From an uncultured Bacteroidales bacterium (GTDB lineage Bacteria > Bacteroidota > Bacteroidia > Bacteroidales > JAIORY01): a stretch of DNA of 64,000 bases. Location of the stretch: assembly GCA_964404485.1 (NCBI GenBank), contig CAYOKJ010000001.1:10064-74063 (forward strand), read 5' to 3'. The notes under the pieces were generated by a model. The model was not told where the DNA came from. It ran no database searches and saw only the letters and a list, made by a program, of their open reading frames with translations. A program made the position numbers and the translations under genes. Below are positions 18,894-28,186 of this stretch, one piece after another (within the stretch, counting starts at the first letter, position 1; every line of letters begins with the position of its first letter).

Positions 18894-20789
18894 TTATTTC
18901 AAATGTTTGTGGAGGAATTTTTCCATTGACCTGTAAAAGTCAAAGCGGTTTTCTTCGTTATGAAATCCATGGCCTTCGTTATCTTTTACCATGTATTCAA
19001 CTTCAACACCTCTTTTTTTAAGTGCATTAACAATTTGATCTGATTCATCAATATTTACTCTTGGATCATTTGCTCCTTGTGCAACAAATAGTGGAGCCAT
19101 AATTTTATCTGCGTTTAAGGCCGGAGAAGTTGCAGTAAATTGAATACTATCACTCTCGGGATTACCAACCATTTCATACATCATGTCGAGTAATGGTTTC
19201 CAGTATGGAGGTATTGTCTTCAAAAAAGAGAACATATTCGAAACTCCTACATAATCCACTCCTGCAGCATAAAGTGTTGGTGTTACGACTAATCCTTGCA
19301 AAACAGCATAACCACCGTAACTGCCACCATAAATAGCAATTTTGTCAGGATCAGCAACACCTTGCTGTATTAACCAGTAAACTCCATCGGTAATATCATT
19401 TTGCATATCAAGACCCCACTTTTTGAATGATGCTTGCCAGAATTTTTTCCCATAACCGGTTGATCCTCTAAAGTTCATTTGTAAAACAGCGTATCCACGA
19501 TTTGCAAGAAACTGAATCTCTGGGTTGAATCCCCAATTGTCGCGTGCCCAAGGTCCGCCATGAGGATTAATTACAACAGGGAGGTTTTTATGCTCAACGC
19601 CTTTGGGAAGCGTTAAATATCCATTGATTTCCATTCCATCACGAGCAGTATATTTTATTGGTTTCATACTTGCCATATCTTCTTCTTTTAACCAAGGGCT
19701 AACTTCATGAATTTTAGTAAGAACGTCCTTTGTTTTATCATAAAGATAATACGAGCCCAATGTTTTATCATTATGGGTTCTAATAATAAATTTATCTTCA
19801 TTTTTTGAATAATCACTTATACCTATTTCATAGTTTCCGAGTTCTTTTTCAAGTCTTTTAAGCAATCCCTCAAATTCTTTATCAAAGAACTTTCTTTGCA
19901 TTTTCCAAGAAGTATAATATGCTGACCACAATTTTTTATTTTTTCTGGAAAAAGAAAGCCTGTCAACATCATAATCAGTGTTTTCATACAACACTTCTAT
20001 TTCTTTACCATTAGCAATATCAAAAATTACTGCTGCTGTTTTATCCCTGCCGAGGTTTGAAGTAGCATAAATATTTTTATTGTCAAATGTAAAAAATTGA
20101 AGTCCTACTGATTCTTTAAAACTTGTTGTTAAAACAGCCTTAAATTCATCTTGTTCTGTTTCGCGATATAAAATTTGTGTATTAACACCATCAACAATTG
20201 CAAAAGCAACCCTAAGTTGTCCGGCATGGTCAGTCATCCAAGCCTGATAATTACCCGGATTTTCAGCAATCATTTTCATTTCGCCGGTTTTAATATTTAA
20301 GCGATATGCATCAAAAATCTGAGGGTTTCTTTTGTTAAGACCAATTATCATTTCATTTGGGATGTCAGGTAAATCATCAATTATCTGAGTTCTAACTTTA
20401 TCAAAACAAGTCAGGCATTTTAAATTTTTACCATTTGTGTTTACACCATATAATTGAAAGTTTTCATCACCACCGGTATCTTTCAAAAACATGATTCTTT
20501 TGTTATTAGCCCAGAAATATCCACTAATATCACGGTCTGTTTCGCTAGTAAGTCTTGTAGCTTTTGTTTTTCCAATTTTTTGAATAAAAACATTTAACCG
20601 ATCCTGGTAAGGTGCAAGAAAAGAATAATACTTTCCATCAGGTGAAATCTGATAAGCAGTTTTTTCAGGGTTTTTGAAAAAGTTTTCAAGTTTAACTTTT
20701 TCCTGTGCATTTGCTTTTTCTACAATGCAAAAAGATGCTGACGATGTAATAAATACTATCGCCAATAAAAATGATAATTTTTTGTTCAT
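18894..20789 (-). CDS. S9 family peptidase (prolyl oligopeptidase / dipeptidyl aminopeptidase-like)
   Basis: 631 aa. Signal peptide, N-terminal beta-propeller region, and a C-terminal alpha/beta hydrolase with GGSYGGY (Ser), D and NEGHGF (His). Confidence 0.85.
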   Translation of the reverse strand: MNKKLSFLLAIVFITSSASFCIVEKANAQEKVKLENFFKNPEKTAYQISPDGKYYSFLAPYQDRLNVFIQKIGKTKATRLTSETDRDISGYFWANNKRIMFLKDTGGDENFQLYGVNTNGKNLKCLTCFDKVRTQIIDDLPDIPNEMIIGLNKRNPQIFDAYRLNIKTGEMKMIAENPGNYQAWMTDHAGQLRVAFAIVDGVNTQILYRETEQDEFKAVLTTSFKESVGLQFFTFDNKNIYATSNLGRDKTAAVIFDIANGKEIEVLYENTDYDVDRLSFSRKNKKLWSAYYTSWKMQRKFFDKEFEGLLKRLEKELGNYEIGISDYSKNEDKFIIRTHNDKTLGSYYLYDKTKDVLTKIHEVSPWLKEEDMASMKPIKYTARDGMEINGYLTLPKGVEHKNLPVVINPHGGPWARDNWGFNPEIQFLANRGYAVLQMNFRGSTGYGKKFWQASFKKWGLDMQNDITDGVYWLIQQGVADPDKIAIYGGSYGGYAVLQGLVVTPTLYAAGVDYVGVSNMFSFLKTIPPYWKPLLDMMYEMVGNPESDSIQFTATSPALNADKIMAPLFVAQGANDPRVNIDESDQIVNALKKRGVEVEYMVKDNEGHGFHNEENRFDFYRSMEKFLHKHLK

Positions 20790-20837
20790 AGGTTTGGTTT
20801 TTAGTTATTTTTTCGAAATATTTTTTAATTAAGCTTT

Positions 20838-20970
20838 ATTATTTAACTATTTTCATGCCATAATTAATTACAAATTGGTTATCAAATATTTATTCTTAGA
20901 TGTTGTTTTATTTAAAAGATAATGTGTTCGTTTTTAATACAATTGTGTGCAAAATCGTGCAGCAGTAAAA
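20838..20970 (-). promoter_or_regulatory. conserved upstream block B (homologous to 18660-18786)
   Basis: Same motif series as block A. Lies 50-180 nt upstream of the S9 peptidase start, in the divergent region shared with the histidine kinase gene. Confidence 0.45.
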
Positions 20971-21091
20971 ATACAAATATTTCAAACAAAATAAAATAAT
21001 TCATAAAATAGCTCTTAAGACACGTCAAGGTGTGTGTTTACAAAAAAATCTTATAATTTTATTTATCTTTGGATTCTCAACATTTTATAAA

Positions 21092-22612
21092 ATGTCATTA
21101 AATTTTAATATCTATACAAAAAAAAGACGATGGAAATTGTTTCTGTTTGCTCTTGCAGTATTAATTGTTGCCGGCTCACTTTGGTACACAAATTTACTTG
21201 TCAGAAAGTTTGCCAAGGACGAAAGAAACAATGTTAAAATTTGGGTAAACGCTATTCAGCGAAAAGCTAAACTTGTAAAATATACCGATGAATTTTTTGA
21301 CCAAATAAGAACTGAAGAAAAAAGGCGGGCAGAAATACTTGCAGGTGCATATAATATTCTCGGGCAGGAAGACAATTCGATAAACCTTAGTTTTTCTATT
21401 GACATAATTGGAAAAAATACTACTATTCCAGTAATTATTACTGATGATAACAGAGAAATTACTAACTCTGTAAATTACATTTTTAAAACTCCAAACGACA
21501 GTCTTTTTACTCCTGACATCAGAAAAGAGTTTTTAGATTATCCTCCAATTGTTATCAATTATCTTGAGAACAAAAATCTATATTTATATTATAAAAAATC
21601 TATTCTTTTTGTTGAGCTACGCAATGTTCTCGATGATATTATACAATCGTTTTTATCCGAAGTTGTTACAAATTCGGCAAGTGTTCCGGTAATAGTTACC
21701 GATAGTTCGCGCAGGAATATTTTAACTTTCGGGAACATTGACTCTCTGAAAATGCAAGATTCTGTTTTTGTAAAAAGGATTCTGGAAACGATGAATTACG
21801 AAAACGATCCAATAATACTTGATCTTCCGGAACAAGGAATAGTTGATATTTTTTATATGGATTCTGCTTTGCTTACGCAGATAAAATATTATCCTATTAT
21901 TCAATTTTTTATTATTGGATTATTTCTTCTTATTGCATATTTTTTGTTTAGTATCGCCCGAAAGTCAGAGCAAAATCAGGTTTGGGTCGGAATGTCGAAA
22001 GAAACGGCACATCAGTTGGGAACGCCTTTATCCGCACTTATTGCATGGGTCGAACTTCTTAAACTTAAATACAAAAATGATGAGAATATTCCTGAAATGG
22101 AAAAAGATCTTGAACGGCTTGAAAATGTTACTGAACGTTTTTCAAAGATTGGCTCTTCGGCAAATTTAGAGAACATTGATATTATTAAAATTGTTTACGA
22201 CTCGATAGAATATTTTAAAAAACGTACATCCAAAAAGGTAAATTTTTTTATTAATCCTGAAAAAGAAATTAAAATTTTTGTTCCATTAAACAAGCTTCTT
22301 TTTGAATGGGTGATCGAAAACTTATGTAAAAATGCCGTTGATGCAATAGGTGGAAACGGAACAATAAAAATAAATATTTTTGAAGAAGGTAAAAAGATAA
22401 TTCTTGATTTTTCGGATACGGGAAAAGGAATATCCAAAAAACATTTTAAAAGTATATTTAACCCAGGTTTTACAAGTAAAAAGCGTGGCTGGGGACTTGG
22501 ATTATCATTATCAGAAAGAATTATTCAAATGTATCACTCAGGAAAAATTTATGTGCGATCTTCGGCTTTGGAGCAGGGTACTACTTTTAGGATTGTTTTG
22601 AAGAAATCATAA
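21092..22612 (+). CDS. sensor histidine kinase (orphan, two TM segments)
   Basis: H-box SKETAHQLGTPLSAL. HATPase N/G boxes (NLCKNAVDA, DTGKGI, GWGLGLS). The ORF track starts at GTG 21032; ATG 21092 (MSLNFNIYTKKRRWKLF...) is more likely. Confidence 0.8.
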   Translation: MSLNFNIYTKKRRWKLFLFALAVLIVAGSLWYTNLLVRKFAKDERNNVKIWVNAIQRKAKLVKYTDEFFDQIRTEEKRRAEILAGAYNILGQEDNSINLSFSIDIIGKNTTIPVIITDDNREITNSVNYIFKTPNDSLFTPDIRKEFLDYPPIVINYLENKNLYLYYKKSILFVELRNVLDDIIQSFLSEVVTNSASVPVIVTDSSRRNILTFGNIDSLKMQDSVFVKRILETMNYENDPIILDLPEQGIVDIFYMDSALLTQIKYYPIIQFFIIGLFLLIAYFLFSIARKSEQNQVWVGMSKETAHQLGTPLSALIAWVELLKLKYKNDENIPEMEKDLERLENVTERFSKIGSSANLENIDIIKIVYDSIEYFKKRTSKKVNFFINPEKEIKIFVPLNKLLFEWVIENLCKNAVDAIGGNGTIKINIFEEGKKIILDFSDTGKGISKKHFKSIFNPGFTSKKRGWGLGLSLSERIIQMYHSGKIYVRSSALEQGTTFRIVLKKS

Positions 22613-22720
22613 AATTAATAAAAACAAATAGTTGGTGTTTTAATAAACGAATTAACCAAAAACAGTAAAGAGCAAAAAAGTTAATTATAAAGAATTGTGG
22701 AAGTGGTTGTGGTAGAAATT

Positions 22721-25700
22721 TTAGTGATTGTGTTTTAGATCAAACCTGAAAAATAATGGTAAATAAAGAAACAGGACAATAATTGAAAATAATAAACCTC
22801 CGATAGAACCTACAGCCAAAGCAAACCAAAACACTTCGTTTTGCCCGTAAACAATAAAAGGGACTAATCCCAAAATTGTTGAAATAATTGTTAATAATAT
22901 TGGAACTATTTTATTATTGTACGCCTTTAAATACAATTTTAACTTAGAAATATTGTGGTTATTATGTACTTTACGTAAATTATTAAATTCGTTAGTTATA
23001 TAGATTGATGAATTTACAACTATTCCGCTTAACAGAATAAATGAAGCATATCCTCCCTGATCAAAATTATAATCGAAAAGATAGAAAGTTAAGAAAATAC
23101 CTATGAATGATAAGGGTATTATGGAGATTATTGCTAATGGCTGAATAAATGATTCAAATAAAATAGCACAAATAAAATATACCAAAATAATTATCAAGAA
23201 AATTAAATAATACTGCTTTTCATTATTGTCATTCCAAAAACTCCATGATCTTTGTTTAGCATAATATCCAAGTGGCAATTCATCTTTCATTTCATCTAAA
23301 ACACTTTTTAAATGCAAATTGCCAAACTTTGAACTACCAAGATAATTATATTTAACAATGCGTATATATTGCTGATTTTCCTTGTATATACTTGAGCTTG
23401 CTTGTTTTTTTTCTACCTCAGATAAATGTTCAAGTTTTATAGACCCATTTTTTGATACGGGAGAATGAAACATATTCCAAATATCAAATTCTGAACTTTG
23501 TTTAGAGAGTATCTTAATATTTTTATATTTTCCATCAATAATATATGATAGATCAGAATAATTTTGAAGAGATATTTTTTTTAGTTGAGCGTAAATTCCA
23601 TCAACACTTATTCCTTTTAAAGCAAGTTTATTTTTATCAATATCAATATTGTACTCATAAAGTTTTTCTCGTTTCCACCAATAATTTGATCCACTAATAT
23701 TTACTTTTTGCACTCTTGGATGCTTTAAAAGTTTTTCTTCAAATTTCTTTGCTTGTTCATAAAGCATATCATAATTATATCCATATAATACAATAGCATA
23801 ATTAATCATATCACTTGTGCCTGCGCGGCTCGAAAATCCTTTTCCAACACCATAAATATTCCAACTCATGCCCCCGAGATCAATACTTTTTGAAATCAAT
23901 TTGCTTTTCAAAATATAGGGAAATGCAGAATTTTCGAAATCCTTTTTAAAATATATGGTCATCTCTGAATTTTGACTACTATATATTTTTGTAATATATT
24001 GTTGAATTTCGTTGTATTGAGATATGTGACTTTCAATTTGTTTGAAAACCGAATTCATTTGTTTGGTAGTTGACCCTTTTGGCATTGAAGCTGAAACATA
24101 CAAAGCTGTCTTTTCCGGTTTTGAATAATATGATTGCTCGAAAACATAATAATTAAATAGCCGTAAAGTTCCACCAAGAAATTTATTTACCGAAGGTTTA
24201 AAATTCTCAATATACCATTCGCTACCAATAGTATTATTATATAATTCGGCATACCATTTATCTTCTTCAACTTTGTTTGGCAGTAAAAACACCGGAATAC
24301 CAAATGATAAAACAGCTATTGTTATTGCTGTTTTTTTATATCTGGATAAAAACACAATTATTTTTTCATAAAATTTAGTAAAATTTACTACTCTCTTTCT
24401 TCTTCTGGTTTTTAATTTCTTTTGTTGTTCCGAAAATTTGAAAAGATTCATTAGTGCAGGAATAAAAAACAAGGCAACCAATAATGATACCGACATATTA
24501 ACCATTATTATAACAGCAAAATCCCATAAATTCAACTTTATATTTTCAGGCAAAAAGAAAATAATAGATAATGCTGCAATAGTAGTTAAGGTAGATGCTA
24601 AGATAGCAAGAAAAACTTTTTTATTGTGTTGATGTTTTAAATGATCAATCATCACAATGCTATTGTCAATAATAATTCCTAATGATATTGTGATACCTGC
24701 TAATGAGTACAAATGGATTTCTATTCTGAAAAAATAATAAAGAGCAAAACAAATAGAAATATTAGAAAACAAACTGATAATTATTATTAAAACATATCGC
24801 AAATTACGGCTTATCAAAACAACAAACAACAATAGTATAATTATTGTAAAGAAAGTACGATAATAAATTTTTGATAATTCAGCTTTGATATATTCTGTTG
24901 TATCAGAACTTAATAAAATGGAATAGCCAGCTGGCAGATCATTTATTATATTTTGAATATTATCTTTAATTTTATTTGACAGAACCAAATTATTTATCCC
25001 TTTATTAGGATAAATAACAAGATAAATTGAGTTAAGACCGTTGATTCTAAAATATGAATCAGGGGTTTTTTCTTTGTATTTAATGTTTGTAATATCTGTA
25101 AGATATATAATTCTGTTGCCGGTTTTTTTTACAGGAATAGCTGACCAATTTATCTTTTCATCAACTTTATTTCTAAGAATAACTGATATTGATGATACAA
25201 AAGTATCCTTTGTATTAGCCTGATTTTCTATTTTGTATGCTGTGCCTAATGTTTGTTTATCAAAATATTGACGAATTGCTGTTAAAATATCATGATAATT
25301 TATTGAAAGATTTTGTATAATATTTTTGTCATAAGTTATTTGCCACTCAAAGTGAGACGAACCGTAAACTTCTATTTTATCAATACCATTTATTACAGAT
25401 AATTTCTTTTTAATGCTTTTTTCGGCATATTGTTGAATGAAATTTGGAGAAACAGGTCCATTTAAAGTATATGTTAATACCGGTTTTAATTCTGCATTAT
25501 CGGGACGATTGACCGAAATAACTGGATAGGATAATTCGACAGGTAATTTAGAATAAACCTGTCTGATAATTGAAGAAATCTCGAAACGAACAAAATCAAT
25601 ATCAGTATGTTTATCAAACGAAATTGTAATTTGTCCGTTGTTTTTTGACGATACAGAAGTTATTTTACTTATCCCTCTAACTTTGCTAAACAATCCTTCT

Positions 25701-25972
25701 AATTCGCTTGTAACCTCTTGCTCCAATATTTCGGGCGAAGCATTTTGCCAGTAATAGCTCACGGTAAGAGAAGGTAATGTTGATGAAGGATTTAACTGCA
25801 CCGACAATAGTGGAATAAATGATAATCCAAGCAAAACCAATGCAAAAAATATTATTGCTGTAGAAAAAGCCTTATTTGACTTTCGCATTGACCCATAAAT
25901 TATTTGATTATTATTTGCGTTAAGTTTATTCATTCTATTTGTAAAATTAATATAATTATTTACACATTGCAT
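22721..25972 (-). CDS. efflux RND transporter permease subunit (AcrB/HAE family), no cognate adaptor gene adjacent
   Basis: About 1080 aa with 12-TM AcrB-like architecture. The true start is probably internal (MRKSNKAFSTAIIFFALVLLG, about 25888). Divergent from the LytTR gene. Confidence 0.85.
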   Translation of the reverse strand: MQCVNNYINFTNRMNKLNANNNQIIYGSMRKSNKAFSTAIIFFALVLLGLSFIPLLSVQLNPSSTLPSLTVSYYWQNASPEILEQEVTSELEGLFSKVRGISKITSVSSKNNGQITISFDKHTDIDFVRFEISSIIRQVYSKLPVELSYPVISVNRPDNAELKPVLTYTLNGPVSPNFIQQYAEKSIKKKLSVINGIDKIEVYGSSHFEWQITYDKNIIQNLSINYHDILTAIRQYFDKQTLGTAYKIENQANTKDTFVSSISVILRNKVDEKINWSAIPVKKTGNRIIYLTDITNIKYKEKTPDSYFRINGLNSIYLVIYPNKGINNLVLSNKIKDNIQNIINDLPAGYSILLSSDTTEYIKAELSKIYYRTFFTIIILLLFVVLISRNLRYVLIIIISLFSNISICFALYYFFRIEIHLYSLAGITISLGIIIDNSIVMIDHLKHQHNKKVFLAILASTLTTIAALSIIFFLPENIKLNLWDFAVIIMVNMSVSLLVALFFIPALMNLFKFSEQQKKLKTRRRKRVVNFTKFYEKIIVFLSRYKKTAITIAVLSFGIPVFLLPNKVEEDKWYAELYNNTIGSEWYIENFKPSVNKFLGGTLRLFNYYVFEQSYYSKPEKTALYVSASMPKGSTTKQMNSVFKQIESHISQYNEIQQYITKIYSSQNSEMTIYFKKDFENSAFPYILKSKLISKSIDLGGMSWNIYGVGKGFSSRAGTSDMINYAIVLYGYNYDMLYEQAKKFEEKLLKHPRVQKVNISGSNYWWKREKLYEYNIDIDKNKLALKGISVDGIYAQLKKISLQNYSDLSYIIDGKYKNIKILSKQSSEFDIWNMFHSPVSKNGSIKLEHLSEVEKKQASSSIYKENQQYIRIVKYNYLGSSKFGNLHLKSVLDEMKDELPLGYYAKQRSWSFWNDNNEKQYYLIFLIIILVYFICAILFESFIQPLAIISIIPLSFIGIFLTFYLFDYNFDQGGYASFILLSGIVVNSSIYITNEFNNLRKVHNNHNISKLKLYLKAYNNKIVPILLTIISTILGLVPFIVYGQNEVFWFALAVGSIGGLLFSIIVLFLYLPLFFRFDLKHNH

Positions 25973-26114
25973 TCAGCTAATTATCAAAGTATAATGCTAT
26001 CCATAATTTAATTTGTTAATAAGTTAATAATATCTTTGTTGTTTAAAACGGTCACCTTTTTACAGTTTCCTCAATTAATATATATACCTGTATGTTAATT
26101 AAAAATATTTATTT

Positions 26115-26468
26115 ATGAAAAAACTACAAGTTACTACCCAAAATGGTTTTCAGTTTATTAATCCATTAACTATTTTATTTCTGAAAGCAAGCAATAATTA
26201 TACTGAAATTTTTTATACAGATAATAGTGATACACAACTAATTTGCAAAACTATAGGAAAAATTGAAAAATGTTTGCCAAGCGAATTATTTTTCAGATGC
26301 CACAGAACGTATATTATTAACATCAAGCAAATAACTGAGTTTAAATATTTGAATTGTGGTGGTATAATTACTTTAAAAAATAATCAGAAGATAAAACTTG
26401 CAAAACGAAAAAAGAAAATGTTCTTAGAAATTATCAAAAAAAATACATTTTCCCCGCTTACTCAGTAA
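26115..26468 (+). CDS. stand-alone LytTR family DNA-binding protein (no receiver domain)
   Basis: 117 aa. LytTR signature ...FFRCHRTYIINIKQI... Its last codons overlap the first 21-bp repeat unit of the downstream promoter. Confidence 0.85.
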   Translation: MKKLQVTTQNGFQFINPLTILFLKASNNYTEIFYTDNSDTQLICKTIGKIEKCLPSELFFRCHRTYIINIKQITEFKYLNCGGIITLKNNQKIKLAKRKKKMFLEIIKKNTFSPLTQ

Positions 26469-26517
26469 AACCGACCGCTCACTAAATAATCCGTACCGTT
26501 TACAAAAGACTTTCTTT
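26455..26517 (+). promoter_or_regulatory. 21-bp-phased direct repeats (2 good units plus 1 degenerate), candidate LytTR operator
   Basis: CGCTTACTCAGTAAAACCGAC (26455-75), CGCTCACTAAATAATCCGTAC (26476-96), then the degenerate CGTTTACAAAAGACTTTCTTT. Abuts the -33 region. Confidence 0.6.
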
Positions 26518-26521
26518 TTTG

Positions 26522-26553
26522 CTTGACAGGGAGACATTTATAATATAACTTTG
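26522..26553 (+). promoter_or_regulatory. Bacteroidetes-type promoter (-33 cTTG, 20-nt spacer, -7 TAACTTTG)
   Basis: TAACTTTG at 26546-26553 fits TAnnTTTG. TTG at 26523-26525. Start codon is 85 nt downstream. Confidence 0.55.
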
Positions 26554-26637
26554 CTATTAAAATAAATAATATTTCCAATTTAAAATCCAATACTATTTAT
26601 TATTCAAATTTTATTTATTAACTAAAAATTATGTATT

Positions 26638-26871
26638 ATGAAAAAGAAAACTATTAACAAATTATTTGTAGCAATATCTGTTACAATTTTTGGTATATTA
26701 CTTTTTTTTGCAACACCAAATAAATCTTATACTGCTGAGCCTACTACTTCAATATACCGTACATGTTGGAAATGGTGTGATCAACATTATGTTATTAGAT
26801 GTCGTCCTAACGGATCGGAATGTCTTGCTTCATGGCAAGATTTATGTAGTGATTCAACAAATGAACAATAG
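26638..26871 (+). CDS. small secreted Cys-rich peptide precursor 1 (77 aa; predicted 44-aa mature part with 5 Cys)
   Basis: MKKKTINKLFVAISVTIFGILLFFATPNKSYTA|EPTTSIYRTCWKWCDQHYVIRCRPNGSECLASWQDLCSDSTNEQ. Sec-type signal. First gene behind the conserved promoter. Confidence 0.6.
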   Translation: MKKKTINKLFVAISVTIFGILLFFATPNKSYTAEPTTSIYRTCWKWCDQHYVIRCRPNGSECLASWQDLCSDSTNEQ

Positions 26872-26878
26872 AACAATT

Positions 26879-26935
26879 ACCTGCTGTATTATGTAAAGTA
26901 TTGTAATATTAGAATACAAGTAGAAAACAGCAGGT
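26879..26935 (+). terminator. stem-loop after peptide gene 1 (candidate partial terminator/attenuator)
   Basis: ACCTGCTGT (26879-87) pairs with ACAGCAGGT (26927-35). An inner GTATT/AATAC stem is present. Followed by TATTTTG. Confidence 0.4.
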
Positions 26936-26956
26936 TATTTTGATAATAATAATAAT

Positions 26957-28180
26957 ATGTCAAAATACTTTTACCTTTTACTTACTTTATTAATCTTGAT
27001 GTTAATATCATGCAATGAAAAAGTTCACAATATAAAAGAGCAAAAATTTATAAAAAAAATATCAATTAACCCAACAAAAAATAATCTCTCAAAATTATCT
27101 GACATATTATCACAAAATTATAAAATAATTAGCTTGGAATCAAATGAAAATAGCCTAATTGGTAAAATTGATAAGATCGTTTTTTTAGATAGTAAAATTT
27201 TTATTTTAGATAAAGATAAAACAAAATCAATATTCATTTTTAATAATAATGGAAAATATGAATCAAAAATATCACGCTTTGGAGAAGGACCAAATCAATA
27301 TATCGAATTAGGTGATTTTTATATTGATAGTATTACAAAAACAGTAAATATTTTAAATACTTTTCCTGCTCGCTTGATGACATACGATTATCTTGGTAAT
27401 TTCCTTGCTGAAAAAAGAATTGCAGATTTTGCCTGCCAGATTGCCATCAACTCCGACAGCAATTTCTGTCTTTATTTGGGCAATAACATAACTTCTGAAA
27501 CAGTTTTTCATGACCTGATAATACAAAACAATAATAATGAAATTGTTGCTAAATATTTTCCTATTGACTCAGGTGATCAGTCAAAAGCTGTGATGATACC
27601 TTCCAATTTTTGTAGTTTTGGCGATTCCTTATCATTTATTCGTCCATTTTCCGACACAGTATTTGACATCACAACCAATGATATGAAAACTAAGTTCGTG
27701 TTTGATTTCGGAAAACACAATATGCCCAATGACTTCTTCAAAAACAAAAACTTAAGAAGCAATATACCACGCTTCTTTAATAAAGCCCAAAAGCTTATTA
27801 ACAAAAATCAATATGCATCCGATATTCAACCATATTACGAATCAGAGTTTCTTATTTACTTTTCATTTCTTTTTCAGAATAAAAAGAATTATTCATTTTA
27901 TTCAAAGAAGTCAAAGAAAGTATATCACACAAATTTAATTAGAAATGATATTATCCCCATTAAAATAAGTAAAGTTATAAAAGTGAAAAAAAAACAATTA
28001 ATTACAATTGTTGATGCATACGAATTTAAAAACGGAATTACGAATTTTTATAACGAATTAAATAAAACAAAGAAAAAGCATTTTTTTAAATCTAATTCTA
28101 AATTGGTTTTAACTGCCGTTAAAATAAAAAATACAGATAACCCAATCCTTATTGTTTACAACATAAAAGAATCGTTTTAA
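26957..28180 (+). CDS. 6-bladed beta-propeller lipoprotein (BF3164-like family)
   Basis: 407 aa. Lipobox LMLISC. The family-typical stretch KIFILDKDKTKSIFIFNNNGKYESKISRFGEGPNQY. Repeated beta-strand blades. Confidence 0.7.
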   Translation: MSKYFYLLLTLLILMLISCNEKVHNIKEQKFIKKISINPTKNNLSKLSDILSQNYKIISLESNENSLIGKIDKIVFLDSKIFILDKDKTKSIFIFNNNGKYESKISRFGEGPNQYIELGDFYIDSITKTVNILNTFPARLMTYDYLGNFLAEKRIADFACQIAINSDSNFCLYLGNNITSETVFHDLIIQNNNNEIVAKYFPIDSGDQSKAVMIPSNFCSFGDSLSFIRPFSDTVFDITTNDMKTKFVFDFGKHNMPNDFFKNKNLRSNIPRFFNKAQKLINKNQYASDIQPYYESEFLIYFSFLFQNKKNYSFYSKKSKKVYHTNLIRNDIIPIKISKVIKVKKKQLITIVDAYEFKNGITNFYNELNKTKKKHFFKSNSKLVLTAVKIKNTDNPILIVYNIKESF

Positions 28181-28186
28181 TAAAGC

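Larger units (their letters stand above)
26432..26640 (+). repeat. regulatory block, copy 1 (duplicated at 28903-29132)
   Basis: Aligned by eye: 9 mismatches over ~165 nt, plus one 21-nt unit indel. Spans the LytTR 3' end, the repeats, the promoter, the 5'UTR and the first ATG. Confidence 0.9.

Noticed and set aside
26690-26896. 68-aa ORF overlapping peptide gene 1 in another frame
   Set aside because: It has no signal peptide, lies entirely within the better-supported 26638..26871 frame and the following hairpin, and has no counterpart in cassette 2.
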